Of a stretch of 64,000 bases of DNA, positions 37,689 to 56,271 are shown piece after piece (within the stretch, counting starts at the first letter, position 1; every line of letters begins with the position of its first letter). This DNA is from the human T2T-CHM13v2.0 reference genome, Homo sapiens. The stretch is from assembly GCF_009914755.1 (NCBI RefSeq), contig NC_060947.1; one strand, written 5' to 3'. The position numbers and the translations under genes were made by a program. A model generated the notes under the pieces. It saw only the letters and a program-made list of their open reading frames with translations, ran no database searches and had not been told where the DNA came from.

Positions 37689-39849
37689 TCTTTTTCCCCC
37701 ATGGCTCCCACATGCAGAGGTGCAGCCCGCTATCACAGGCTGTCTTAATTCAGGCTCTGATCCTAGCTCCCCAACCACAGAGAACACACAGTTACCTCTT
37801 CAAGGGTCCCTTTAAAGTACCATTTCACGGACTTAAGGTTAAAAGGGGGCTCCCCATCACCTCAGGGGTCGGAGAGGGATGCCCACAGCATGGCAGTAGC
37901 CTTATCTAAAGAACCTTCTTCACAAATCCTTCTTACTTCTACCCTCTCTTGATGCCTTTGTAGTCAAAATTGTTGAGGGCATTTGAGAGTCTTAGAGCAT
38001 ACCTTTTGTAAAGTCAGCCTCTGTAGATCTGAGCACACTCCTTTTGGATGTCTCTTGTATTGGTGCAAAACAGCATTGGGAAGGTCCATTTTCATATCTT
38101 ATTACGTAGGTAAATAAGAAATCTATCCATAATAATGGCTTGTCACATTCATGTAGTGCTTGGCCTTTATAAAAGAGAATGCAGATCTATTGCCTTAATA
38201 TTCACAGCAACCCTACAAGGTAGGTGTTACTCTCGTGTTACAAGTGAGAACATTAAGACTGGTAAAGGAGAGGTGACCTGCCCTGCCTGAGCTTACACAG
38301 GCACTACATGAAGACAGGGATAGCCCAAGCCAGGGCTTGTGACTCCAGATTTATTCTCCCCCTCCCCCACCTCCACCAAGGGTAGGCCAAGGTGGAGATG
38401 TACCAAGGCAGAGAAAGAAGAGCCTGGGAAACTTCTGCTTGCTGTTCTGGGATGTGAGCTTTGGAAGATACCAGAATGGGTTTGAATGGCAAATCTACTA
38501 CCTATCAAGTGCATGATTTGGAGTTAGGTTATTTCACCTCTCTGGACCTTAGATGATAACATCTACTTCTTATGGTTCTTGTGAACATGACATCCAATAG
38601 CCATGTGAAATGCCTTTTAAAGCATAAGGCTTTAAAAGGATATTGGTTTTCTTCTCCCTTTGAACAAAGCCTAAGGAAGTCTAAGGAAGAGTAGGTGGGG
38701 AAGGACAGTAAGCCAAGTGAAGGGTGGAGGGTTCTGAGTAGCTGATAAGGATCATGGTGGCACATTGGACAGAGTGAAACATGGACCTTTATCAAGTCAA
38801 GGCAGTTTATTCCTCCACTACACAGACTGTTTAGTCTGTTTAGTATTTGGAAAGAACAATTTAACCTCAGCTGCAAGACTAGGCTAGAGTCCAGGTTCTA
38901 GTATCTAGTAGCCAGCTGTCTAGAAATAAGGGAGGAAGGTAAATTGAAAGAACTTAAAACCACGGGTAGGGCTTTCCATGTCAAAAGTTGGAAATTATTC
39001 TATGAAAGAATCAGGAAAACTGGTCATGCCGAGGGATTCTCCCTACCTTTACCTCTTTTTAAGTGTTTCCAGCACGTTTTTGTGTGTGTATTTTCAGTAG
39101 TTCAAAATGATGAAGTCTAGCAGACACTATTGGTTACCTCCCCAAATCATTTCACCTTGCAGAAACACCTGGCCATGTGCTCAGGGAAGGTACTCCCCCA
39201 ACACCCAATTCCCAGACACTTAGGGTGATTTCATTCCTCTAGTCTTTGATCAGTTTAAGCATGGGCATGTGATCTAAACTTGGTTAATGAATCTGATGGG
39301 GGAATCTTGGGAAAGTTTTGCTCACTCTTAGAAAGGGACACAAGACTGGAAACATTCCTCCCTTTTTTGCTCCCCCTCTCAATGCTATTTTGTGAGAATG
39401 TGACGCCTGGAGCTACTGAAGCCATCTTGTGATCATGAAGCACAAAACCCACCATACTGAAGATAGGGAAACAGTAAGAGAAATATCACGTAAGTCCTTG
39501 ATAATGTACCACTGAATTAGGCAACTCTGGTATCACCTACATCTAGACATATATAAGTTACTAAATGCCATGATTGTTAAGCCAATTTTAGAGAAGTATT
39601 CTGTTTACAGCCAGAAGCAAACGTTTTGCGTAACCAAAATAGCAAACATTTTTGTACTATATTGTTCCTTTTTACACTATTAATGCTCATTTATTAGATG
39701 ATGTAATTAAACCTACCAATAGAGGAGAGAGAACACAGGGTTCTACTGTAGGAAGAGACAAAGGAGGTCTTAGAAATGGAGTGAAAAGGTGGCCAAAAAA
39801 GGATGAGAAGATGGAAGGAATTCCCTTCACCAGATTGGAAGAAGAGCTA

Positions 39850-40216
<367 letters not shown>

Positions 40217-40339
40217 TTAGTTCAAAAATAAAAAGAGAATCACTCGAGAAGTGCAGGCACAAACTTTGGTTTGGTCTCTCGTATTTGTTTGGTAGTTACC
40301 TTAGACAATTGATTTCTGCTGGCTCAGCCATGGCTAACT

Positions 40340-40575
40340 ACAAACTAGCACTAAGGGTTTATCAGGATGATGGGTTTAAATCTTGCTTTGCCACCTTTAA
40401 TGGTTTGACCTAGGGCAAGTTCTTTAGCTCTCTGTGCCTCTGTTTTCCCGTCTAAAATGGGGATAATAATGATACTTATAGAGTTGTGATAAGACTAAAA
40501 TGAGAAGGTCTGTGTTCAGAATGCCTGGCACATAGTACTGAGTAAATGTTAGCCCTTATTGTTGTAATTGTTATT
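40340..40575 (+). mobile_element. MIR SINE
   Basis: Core TGACCTAGGGCAAGTT...TCTCTGTGCCTCTGTTTTCCCGTCTAAAATGGGGATAATAAT. Confidence 0.75.
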
Positions 40576-40663
40576 ACAGTTTCCATGCTATCTAATCCTT
40601 TTAATGCAAATGTGCAAATAACTTAATATGCATATCATATTAAAGGGACCTTTAAAACAATGA

Positions 40664-40966
40664 GGCCGGGCGCAGTGGCTCACGCCTGTAATCCCAGCAC
40701 TTTGGGAGGCCGAGGCAGGCAGATCACCTGAGGTCAGGAGCTCAAGACCAGCCTGGCCAACTTAGTGAAATCCCATCTCTACTAAAAATACAAAAATTAG
40801 CCAGTGTGATGGCATGTGCCTATAGTCCCAGCTACTCGGGAGGCTGAGGCAGGAGAATCACTTCAACCTGGGAGGCGGAGGTTGCAGTGAGCGGAGACGG
40901 TGCCACTGCATTCCAGCCTGAGCAACAGAGCAAGACTCCATCTCAAAAATAAATAAATAAATAAAA
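40664..40966 (+). mobile_element. AluS
   Basis: Full Alu, TSD TAAAACAAT. Confidence 0.92.
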
Positions 40967-41253
40967 CAATATGAAATGAGTTTGCCAGTGACTATTTACA
41001 AAAGCAGAAATCTAAGTGCTAAAGTTTGTTGAATTGAGTGGAAGGAAAATAAAGGCCCATAGTTATGGTATTAAGTAGACCTCAATTAAATTGATATTGC
41101 TGTCATTTGTATGTTATAACCATGATTCAAATACTGGGGAAAGAATTATATTTCATGTAAAAAGCTTTTACAGATGTTAAGATGTAGAGTCTATCCTCTA
41201 GGCTTAAAATAGCTTCTTTCATAATTTTTTAAACATATGCATTTTCATTCAGG

Positions 41254-41268
41254 ACAGCAGGGGGCAGC
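41254..41268 (+). promoter_or_regulatory. Candidate CTCF binding motif
   Basis: ACAGCAGGGGGCAGC, one mismatch from the CCASYAGRKGGCRS core, in non-repeat AT-rich DNA. Confidence 0.5.
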
Positions 41269-42319
41269 TTTATTAGCAATGTTGATCAGTTAAACAGTAA
41301 GTTATCGTAAACATCTTGTACTGCACATTTTACCCTAATCGGGTGGAGTCAACAAATATGTAAGTGATATCTCTGTTTATATATTGTCAATAGTATTTAT
41401 TTGCTTAATAAAGCTCCCGATGTGGCTGGTAATTGGAAACGCTGACTGAATCAGTTTTCTTTGTACAAAATGCAAGACTTAATGCAATTTTATCATAACC
41501 CTGAGTCACAAAACCCGTTTTAAGCAAATTAATGGCCACCGATGGAAATAATCAAAGAGTGCCAACAAAAATTTCAATTAGTCATTTCACCAATATTCCC
41601 CCATCTTACACTTAGTCCTTTATCTTGCTATATCATCACAGTTTTTACAATTCAAAATGGGGTCTTTTATTTGACATTATTGGTGTTGATTGGTGGTATA
41701 TTATGACACATTTTTAAAATCGCAAAATGGCCGAAGTTTCATTACATTTTAATTAGCATAATCAGCACAATATAAAACACAGTGCTAGGATTTCTACTCT
41801 CCAGTGTTCAGAAAAGCAGCTTAGTAAGTTAAGAGAGTGTATGTGGAAAGACAATTTAAAATACATTTTTGTCTTTATTATGTTCTCTGAAAATATAATT
41901 TATAAAATCTAATTTTCTAGTTAGCTCAGATTTGCAACTGGCAAGAATTAGGATCCCTTTAAAATCAGGTAACAGATGTGTCTAAGTTTGAGTGCAGATG
42001 ACTCAGAAAGGCAAAGCTGAGCTCTTTTTAAGCTAATATTTTTTAGGTAGACATTTGGAGGCTTTTTTCTCTCTTGAATAAAAGGGAGGAAAAAGGCTCT
42101 GATGCCTGGTAAAGTTGAGAAATCTCTGAGTGGTCTTTATGATCCTGGAAGTGCTTTGCCTCTGTTAAAAGATTTAGTGTGAGTTCAAATACGCATTCTT
42201 GTCAAGCCTGGAGAGCTGGTGATTAGGAACCATTACAACTCAGTGACTCTTTCTATTTACATGTAGATGTTTCTATTCTTCGAAACATTCTCAGATTTTC
42301 TGTGGTCTTCATTTAAATC

Positions 42320-43434
<1,115 letters not shown>

Positions 43435-43564
43435 ACCTCAGAGGAGTTCTATAAGAAGTTAATTATTGCATATAATTTAGAATAATGCATGGCACAGAAT
43501 AAGGATTAAATGTTAATTCCATTGTTTTGATAACATTGGCCTTCTTTTGTTTTCATGGCCAGAA

Positions 43565-43765
43565 CCTGTGTCTACAAAAAATAAGAAAAGTTAACCAGGC
43601 ATGCTGGCACCAGGAGTCTCAGCCACTCAGGAGACTGAGGTGGGAGGATTTCTTGAACCCAGGAATTGGAGGCTGCAGTGAGCTATGATCACACACTGCA
43701 TTCCAGCCTAGGCTGCACTCCAGCAAGACCCTGTCTCAAAAAAATAAAATAACAAAACAAAAAAA
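43565..43765 (+). mobile_element. Partial AluJ
   Basis: Diverged right arm and tail. Confidence 0.8.
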
Positions 43766-44512
43766 CTTTTCCCACAACAGCGGGGACCAGTAGTACTATA
43801 CTACATAGGGAAGGGAGACTAGTCAAGTAATCCTTCAGAATTTTTGTTTTGTTTGAAATCTCTTAGGGGATTTTTCTAGCCCTCTCTAGAGCTTGAAGGG
43901 ACAAATTTTGATTTTAAAAAAAGAGAGAGGGAAAAAAACCCACATATTTCATCCCCTAATGAGCTCCCCCCTGCAGGGCACTCTATCTGGGTGGATATTT
44001 TTATCAGATGCCAGGTAATTCTCGTGCAGCCTGGCCTAGACCCACATTCAGAAAACAATGGCCCCAGGATAAGGGTCCAACCCTCAGGGCAGCGTTCAAA
44101 GCCCTCCTATACTCAGCCCCTCCCCACCTCTTTGGCCCCCTCTGCTGGCCCCCCTTGCCTAAAAACATCAGCCCCAGCAACACAACAACCTGCAATGTCT
44201 TTTTACCCCTCCCTCTACCTAGCTCATTTCACCTGGCTGACTCCTATTAATTCTTATTCAATGTTTTCCTCCATTTCAGCTCCAAGTTCGGTTACATACC
44301 ACTCCTCTGGACCCTGCCAATGCCCCATGCATACCTCTGTCATTGCACTTATCTCACTGTGTTAGAATTATCTCTAGGTCTGTGTCCTTTAATAGACTGA
44401 GAACCTTGAGAATGGGAACCATATATTAATAGTATTAATCCATGCACCTCCAGTATGGTTGACAGGGTACAGAAAGAAGGAAGCTGGGGAGGGAGGAAAA
44501 AAGAGAGGGATG

Positions 44513-45310
44513 GTGTTAGTTTGGGTCTTCAGAGAAGCAGACCCAAAGATGAGATAAAACACGCAAGAGATTTATTTAAAAAAATGCCTGTGAGAGAAAA
44601 TGTGGGAGGGAGATGGAAAAGACTGGAAGATCTATCAGACTTCGTTGCAGGTCTGACTTGTGAAGGAGAGAGAAAAGGAAGGAAGGAAGTTTGCATGGAA
44701 GCATCGTACACTGCAGTTCAGTCTCAGAAAGGTTTGGCGGCCAGGCGCGGTGGCTCACGCCTGTAATCCCAGCACTTTGGGAGGCTGAGGTGGGCAGATC
44801 ACTTGAGGCCAGGAGTTCGAAACCAGCCTGGCTAACATGGTAAAACCCTGTCTCTACTAAAAATACAAAAATTAGCCAGGTGTGGTGGTACACGCCTGTA
44901 ACTCCAGCTACTTGGGAGGCTGAGGCAGGAGAATTGCTTGAACCCAGGAGGCTCAGTGAAACCCAGGAGGTTGCAGTGAGCCAACATTGTGCCACTGCAC
45001 TCCAGCCTGGGCGACAGCAAGACTCTGTCTCAAAAAACAACAACAACAACAACAACAACAACAAAAAGATTTGGCAGGGCCAGTGGGGAGTCCCTGGGCT
45101 AAAGTTGTTGGTCAAAGGAGTTTCCATGTCTCTCAAGAACAGGCCTGCCTCAGTATCCCTGCTGCACTCAATCATTGCCCGGGGGCAGGCTGTAGGAAGC
45201 ATGGTCTCGGCACCAATGTGATGATGGATTTCAGAGGCTGAAGCTGGGGCCCAAGGTCAATGGCACTTCCAGTGGTTAGAGATTTGAGAGGTGAATTCTC
45301 ATGGATGCTA
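44513..45310 (-). mobile_element. Old ERVL solo LTR (LTR16 group), split by an Alu
   Basis: Similar to 6710-8040; continuous across the Alu TSD. Confidence 0.55.
44739..45067 (+). mobile_element. AluS with (CAA)n tail
   Basis: Full Alu with a short internal duplication; TSD AAAGGTTTGGC/AAAGATTTGGC. Confidence 0.92.
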
Positions 45311-47051
45311 AAAAAGGAGGAAAGGAAGGAAGGAGGGTGGGACTAATAAACCCACTTATGGAAAGTCTGACAGTTTGTATGGTAACATGCTCACAGGAAA
45401 TCTGGCTGTTCGGACGCAGGGTAGGGAAATGCAAAAAGCACAGGAGTCGAGGGGCATCTTGAGTTTGTGACCTGGTTTCATCACTGACTAGCTGTGTGAC
45501 CCGGGCAACGCCATCACTCTATGTGTCTGTTTCCTGATCTCTAAATTAAGAATATTAATACTTGCCCCATCTATCTCACAGGATTGATGTCCCAACTTGG
45601 GGGTCCTGACTTCATCTCATTCGCCACCATATGTAGGAATACAGCTTTGGGGACTCGCTAACATCACCCCATGGATAGCCAGGGTTGCCCCTTGGCTTGT
45701 TAGCGTTCTGGGTCTTTGTGGGGAAGTGTCCACACAGAGTGGGCTGGGCAAAGGAGGACACAGCAAGGTTTCCTGGTCTAACTGGCATCACCCCTGCCAG
45801 ACTTTCAGTAAGCGAGCTTCAGGTACAGATGGGGAAAGGTAGCCATCCGCCAGGCAATTGTCTACTGGCATGCAGATTGTGGGTCAAATGGGGTGGCCCT
45901 GGGTGACGGTGATAGAGGATTCCCCTGGAGAGGCAACTCGGCAGGCCAGTGATGAACCAGAATTCAAACCCAGCAAGATCTCTGAGCTCTGGAGCAGTGC
46001 CCCCTCAGTAGTTTTTCTCCTGGGCCCTTCACCACAGCTCTTCCAAATGATACCCACCTTTCCCTGCCCCCCAGGGTCACCATTCATTTCCTGCTAGGTA
46101 TGGGAAAAGCTGCCTATTATACAATGGGATCGACACGAGATAAAAATGTAAACCCAGGCTGACCTTCCCCCCAAGGCTCCTTCTGGTCTTTAACCAGAGG
46201 TGTGTATCAGAATCACCTGTGAAGCTTTTCAAATATGAAAATTTCTAGCCCTGACCCTTGACCTACTGAATCAGAATCTCCAGGGAAGGGACCTGGGGAT
46301 TTTATTTTTAAAAGGCCCCGGATGATTCTAAAATATAACTATGCAGCAGGAAATCACAGCCTCTTGAGGGCTGACCTTATTAACCCAGACCTAAAATGCA
46401 CCAGAAAAACCCATCGCAGCTGGTCATCCCAAGGCTAAATTTTAGTTCCACACTTGTGATTTACTTAATGGTTTGTTTTGTATACTTCCTAATCTCCCTC
46501 TCCAGTGTTCACATTAGGAAATGAATTCAAAAGAGATCCTCAAATAGAAAACGCATCTGACCCCCAACCTCGGTCCCTCCATCTGGTTTGATTAACTAGG
46601 AGAAACTCAATGAACTTCCTTCAAAGCATGGCTTTTTACTATTATTGTTCTACTCCTATATTTACATTGGCACAATTAGCTGGCCTGTAAGGACCACCCA
46701 AGATGCTGGATGACAGTTTCAGAGATAGTTAGAGCAAAGAAGATTGAATTCATTTAGTACATAGTAAAATAGTCGACACATGCAGACATTTCGATTGTAC
46801 CGGTTGTTGTGAATTTCTGAGCTCTCCAAGGATAGAGATTCTATTTTGTTGACCTTTTTGTTTCCAGTCTTGTTCAGTCCTTGACACACAGTTGGTACTT
46901 AATGTTAGTTAATGAATGAGAATTTAGGACCTGTGACCCAATTCAACGTTGCCTTCTATGATACAACATAATCAACATGGCCTGTGAGAATTTTTCTCGC
47001 TCTTTTGCTTTTATTTAGTTGCAGAGGTACTTCATGCACCTTGTAACCAAT

Positions 47052-47486
47052 TGTATTAGTCATGGTTCTCTAGGGGGACAGAATGAATGGAATAGGTATA
47101 TATCTTATGGGGAGTTTATTAAGTATTAACTCACACGATCAAAAGGTCCCACAATAGGCTGTCTGCAGGCTGAGGAGCAAGGAGAGCCAGTCCGAATTCC
47201 AAAACTGAAGAACTTGGAGTCTGATTTTCGAGGGCAGGAAGCACCCAGCATGGGAGAAAGATGTAGGCTGGGAGGCTAGGCCAGTCTCTTTTTTCACATT
47301 TTTCTGCCTGCTTATCTTCTAGCCACGCTGGCAGCTGATTAGATTGAGCCCACCCAGATTAAGGGTGGGTTTGCCTTTCCCAGCCCACTGACTCAACGTT
47401 AATCTCCTTTGGCAATGCCCTCACAGACACACCCAGGATCAATATCCTTCAATCCAATCAAGTTGACACTTATATTAGCCATCATA
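47052..47486 (-). mobile_element. HERV-L solo LTR, MLT2A1/A2
   Basis: TGTATTAGTC...GGAGCAAGGAGAGCCAGTCCGA...TCAATCCAATCAAGTTGACAC; TSD CCAAT/CCAGT. Confidence 0.88.
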
Positions 47487-47494
47487 CCAGTTTA

Positions 47495-47885
<391 letters not shown>

Positions 47886-48348
47886 TTAATTCTTCTTCCA
47901 CATCATTCTTTATGTTCATACAAAAATATACAAATGCATGTGTATTAATTAGTCAGGGTTCTTGGAATCAGCTTTGTTTGGGGCACAATGGCAGACACCA
48001 AGATGAAGTTGTACATAAGACATTTAAAATGTAGTAACAGCAATTCCCTCTTTTGAAAAACCATAAAAACCAATACATGTTATTAAATGTCCAGCAGAAC
48101 AGAACTAACAAACATGAAAAATAACATCACCAAAAAAAGGAATGATCATCCTCAACTAATACACATCATTGTGATGCCACTGAACGGAAAGGAAAATGTA
48201 ATCGTGCTGAGCAGGTAGGGAAGCGGCACTAAGCTTCAATTCCCCTTCATTTGACGGTGGCAAGGGGTGACGGAACAGGAAGAAAAAGCTGCCCTCTCAG
48301 AGTATTCATCAGACACCCTAGTTTTCAGTCCTTTAAAAATCTAATTAA

Positions 48349-49139
<791 letters not shown>

Positions 49140-49532
49140 TAAGGAAAATTATAGAATAAACTTAGATAGCATCTTATGTAGCTTAATGACTTTAACCATG
49201 GTCCAGTGTAGATCTAAATGAAGAATGATCCAGGTGTCTTCTGGAAGCCCCTTTCTAATCTGCGTACTATTTCATGCGGAAGTTACACTCTAGAATCCGA
49301 TGAATTCATCCATGGGTATATGGAAATATTGCTAGAGGTTGCAACCATGGTCACCTGTCAGCCCCAAGCTATCTGGCTACATGGCCCCAGGAGAGTGGTA
49401 ACAACTCTGTGACTCAAATCTGTAAAAGCAGGAACTTTGGACCACATAACTAAGATTACTTTCAGCAATCAGAGTCTATGGAAAATTACTAAGCTTGTCA
49501 TTATTTTTGTTCAAAAGTAACTTATTTACCGA

Positions 49533-50022
49533 CCTACCTCAGAAATATTATAAGTGTGGTTCCAGACCACTGCAATAAAGTAAATATCACAATAAAAAGA
49601 GTCACACAGATTTTTCGGTTCCCCAGTGTATATAAAAGTTGTGTTTATGCTATACTGTAGTCTATTAAGTGTGCAATAGCATTATGTCTAAAAAAAGTAC
49701 ATACCTTAATTTAAAAAATATTTTACTATTAAAAATGCTAACGATGGCTGGGAGCTGTGGCTCATGCCTGTAATCCAGCACTTGGGAGATCAAGGCAGGA
49801 AGATGGCTTGAGGCTAGGAGTTCAAGACTAGCCTGGGCAATATGGTGAGACTCTGTCTCTTAAAAAAAAAAAGAAAAGAAAAAAGAAAAGAAAATACTAA
49901 CAATCATCTGAGCCTTTAGTGAGTTGCAATTGTTTCGCTGATGGAGGGTCTTGTTTCTATGTTGATGGCTGCTGACTGAGCAGGGTGGTGGTTGCTGAAG
50001 GTTGGGTGGCTGTGGGAATTTC
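49533..50022. mobile_element. Tigger1 terminal fragment split by an Alu monomer (49746-49890)
   Basis: GGTTCCAGACCACTGCAATAAAG...CTATACTGTAGTCTATTAAGTGTGCAATAGC; monomer TSD AAAATGCTAACGAT/AAAATACTAACAAT. Confidence 0.8.
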
Positions 50023-51178
50023 TTTTTTTTTTTTTTATAATTTCAACTTTTATTTTAGATTCAGGGGATACATGTGCAGGTTTGTTACATGAATATGTTG
50101 TGTGACATTGAGGATTGGGGTACAAATGATCCTATCACCCAGGTAATGAGCATAGTACCCAATAGGTATTTTTCAGCCCTTGCTCCCTTCTCCCCTCCTC
50201 CCTCTAGTAGTCCTCAGTTCTGTTGGTCCCCTCTTTGTGTTCATGTGTACTCAATGTTCACCTTCCAATTATAAGTGAGAATGTGCAGTATTTGGTTTTC
50301 TGTTCCTGTGATAATTCGCTTAGGACAATGGCCTCCAGCTCCAATCATGTTGCTGCAAAGGACATGATCTTGTTCTTCTTTATAGCTGCATAGTATTCCA
50401 TGGTGTATATGTACTACATTTTCTTTATCAAATCCACTGCTGATGGGCATCTAGTTTGATTCTGTGAATAGTGCTTTGATGAACGTTCAAGTACATGTGT
50501 CTTTTTTGTAGAACAATTTATTTTCCTTTGGGTATATATCCAGTAATGGGATTTCTGGGTTGAACAGTGGTTCTGTTTTTAGCTCTTAGAGAATTCTCCA
50601 AACTGCTTTCCACAGTGGCTGAACTAATTCACATTCCCGTCAACAGTATATAAGCATTCCCTTTTCTCTGCAGCTTTGCCAGCATCTGTTATTTTTTGTC
50701 TTTTTAATAATCATCATCCTGACTAGTGTGAGATGGTATCTCATTTTGGTTTTGGTTTGCATTTCTCTGATGATTGGTGATGTTGGGCAATTTTTTATAT
50801 GTTTCTTGGCCACATGCATGTTGTCTTTTGAGAAGTGTCTCTTAATGTCCTTTGCCCAATTTTTAATAGGGTTATTTGGTTTTTGCTTGTTGAGTTGTTT
50901 AAGATCCTTATAAACTCTGGGTATTTGGCCTTTGTTGGATGCAGAGTTTGCAAATATTTTCTCCCATTCTGTGAGTTGTCTGTTTACTTTGCTGATAGTT
51001 TCTCTTGCTTTCCAAGCCTCTTTAGTTTAATTAGGTCCCGCTTGTCATTTTTTGTTTTGGTTGCAATTGGAGGACTTAGTCATAAATTCTTTGCCAAGGC
51101 TGATATCCAGAATAACATTTCCTAGGTTTTCATCTAGGATTTTTATAATTTGAGGTCTTAGATTTAAATCTTTAATCT
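50023..51178 (-). mobile_element. L1PB/L1PA-type 3' fragment
   Basis: Poly(T), 3' UTR and ORF2 end in antisense orientation. Confidence 0.85.
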
Positions 51179-52389
51179 GGATTTTGGCGATTCTAATACA
51201 TATGTACTAGTATCTTGTTTTAATTTGCATTTCCCTGATGACATACAATGCAAGAATCTTTAAAAAATTTTTTTTTGTTTTCTTAATTTTTTTGGCTCCC
51301 CACAGGAAACGAAACCATCTTTTCATATGCTTATTTGCCACCTATCTTTGGTGAGGTGTCAGTTAAAGTCTTTCACTTATTTTTTGATCTGGTTCTTTTC
51401 TTATTGTTGAGTTTTTTACCTTGTATATTTTCGATAACAACCCCTTATCAGATATGCCTTTTGCAAATATTTTCTCCCAGTCTGTGGTTTGTCTTTTTAT
51501 TGTTTCGATAGTGTATTTTGCAGAGCAGGAATTTTTAATTTTAATGAAGTCCATGAAGTTATTTCATGGGTCATGCCTTTGGTGTTGTATCTAAAAAGTC
51601 ATCACCAAATCCAAGGTTATTTAGATTTTCTCCAAAGTTATCTTCTAGGAGTTTTATAGTTTTGTATTTTACAGTTAGATTTGTGATCCAGTTTGAGTGG
51701 AAGAGTGTAAGGTCTGTGTCTAGAGTCATTTTTTTGCATGTGGATATCTAGTTGTTTCAGCACCATTTGTTGAAATGTTTACCTTTTCTCCACTGTAGTG
51801 CTTTTGCTCCCTCAAAAATCAGTTGTATTTATGTGGGTCTATTTCTGGACTCTCTCTTCTGTTCCATTGATCTATTTGCCTATTCTTTCATCCATACCAC
51901 ATGCTTACTGTAGCTTTATAGTAAGTCTTTAAGTTGGGTAGTGTCAGTATTTCAACTTTGTTTTTCTCCTTCAACACTGGGTTGGCTATCCTTGGTATTT
52001 TGTTTCTCTGTATAAACTTTAGAATTAGTTTGTCAGTCTCTAGAAAATAAATTGCTGGGATTTTGATTGTGATTGCATTAAATCTATAGATCAAGTTGGG
52101 AAGAACTGCCATCTTGACAATATTGAGTCTTACTACCCATGAACATGGAATAGCTCCCCATTTATTTAGTTTTTCCTTGATACTCATACCTTTGTCAGAG
52201 TTTTATGGCTTTCCTCATATGTATCTTATAGATATTTTGTTAAATTTATCCTGAAGTATTTCATTTTTGGGGGTGCTAATGTAAATGTATATTTTAAGTT
52301 TCAAATTCCACTTGTTCATTTTTGATGTATTAGGAAAGCAATTGACTTTTGTATATTAACTTTATATCCTGCAACCTTGATATGATGAC

Positions 52390-54816
<2,427 letters not shown>

Positions 54817-55059
54817 TATGATGACTTCTTAATTCCAAGAGTGTTTGTCAACTCTCTTGAATTTTCTACATAGATGACCATGCCATCTGTGAACAAAGAC
54901 AGCTTTATTTCTTCCTTGTCAATCTGTATATCTTTTCCGTTTTTTTCTTGTCTTATTGCATTAGCTAGGACCTCCATTACAACATTGAAAAGCAGTGGTA
55001 AGAGGGGACATTCTTGCCTTCTTCCCAGTCTTACTGGGAAAGCTTTGAGTTTCTCACCA

Positions 55060-55379
55060 GAGGTGGTTTATTCTAAGGGATTGGCTCATGAGATTGTGGG
55101 GGTTGGCAAGTCTGAAATCTGAATTCAGGTAAGAGTTGATGTTGCAGCCTTGAGAATTCCTCCTCCTTCAGTGAACCCCAGTCATTGTTTTTAAGGCTTT
55201 CAACTGATTAGATGAGGCCCACCTACATTATAGAGGTAGTCTGCTTTATTCAAACTCTAGTGATTTAAATGTTAGTCACATCTAAAAACATATCTTTACA
55301 ATAACATCTAGACTGGTGTTTGAGCAAACAACTTGGCACCATAACCTGGCCAAGATGATACACAAAATTAACCATCACA
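55060..55379 (-). mobile_element. MLT2-family LTR fragment (MLT2C/D-like)
   Basis: ATTGGCTCATGAGATTGTGG...AACTGATTAGATGAGGCCCACC...AAAATTAACCATCACA. Confidence 0.7.
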
Positions 55380-55574
55380 ATATATAAACAGATTATAGGG
55401 ATTTTTAAATTTGCTTTTCAAACCAGTGGAATCATACTATATGCTTTTCTGTGGAACTTGCTTATTATCTGACAATAATATGTCATATTATTATTAATAA
55501 AATAATATCTCATACTTATCTCTCCAGGTCAATCCTTATAGCTATTTCTCTTTCTTTTAAATAGTTGGGTAATA

Positions 55575-55934
55575 AAAAGGAATGAGATCATGTCCTTTGC
55601 AGGGACATGGATGGAGCTGGAAGCCATTATTCTCAGCAAACTAATACAGGAACAGAAAACCAAACATCATGTGTTCTCACTTATAAGTGGGAGCTGAAAA
55701 ATGAGAACACATGGACACAGGGAGGGAAACAACACACACTGGGGCCTGTCATGGGGGCGAGGGGAGGGAGAGCATCAGGAGAAACAGCTAATGCATGTGG
55801 GGCTTAATACCTAGGTAATGGGCTGATAGGTGCCGCAAACCACCATGGCACATGTTTACCTATGTAATAAACCTGCACGTCCTAAACATGTATCCCGGAA
55901 CTTAAAATAAAATAAAATTTAAAAATAAATAAAT
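55575..55934 (+). mobile_element. 5'-truncated L1PA 3' end
   Basis: ATGTCCTTTGCAGGGACATGGATGGAGCTGG... with A-rich tail; TSD AAATAGTTGGGTAATA/AAATAGTTGTGTAATA. Confidence 0.9.
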
Positions 55935-56271
55935 AAATAGTTGTGTAATATCCAACCATTTGCCCGTTTTTGGTGGGGAGATTATTTCCAGTTATGACCA
56001 ATGCAAAAAACATCTTTACACATATATACTTATGTATTGGTACAAGTATTTCTATAGGCTAGAGTCCCAAAAGTGGGATTACTGTGTCAAAGAATATGTG
56101 CATCTTTGATTTTAATAGATCCTACCAAATTACTTTCTTAAAATGCTATAGCAATTCTCCAACAGAAATTAAAGAAACTACAAACTTTCCCACATCACTG
56201 TCAAAATTAGTTCTAAATTTTGCCTTATGGATGAAAAGTGTTATCCTATTATTTTTGTGTGTGCTTTTCAA

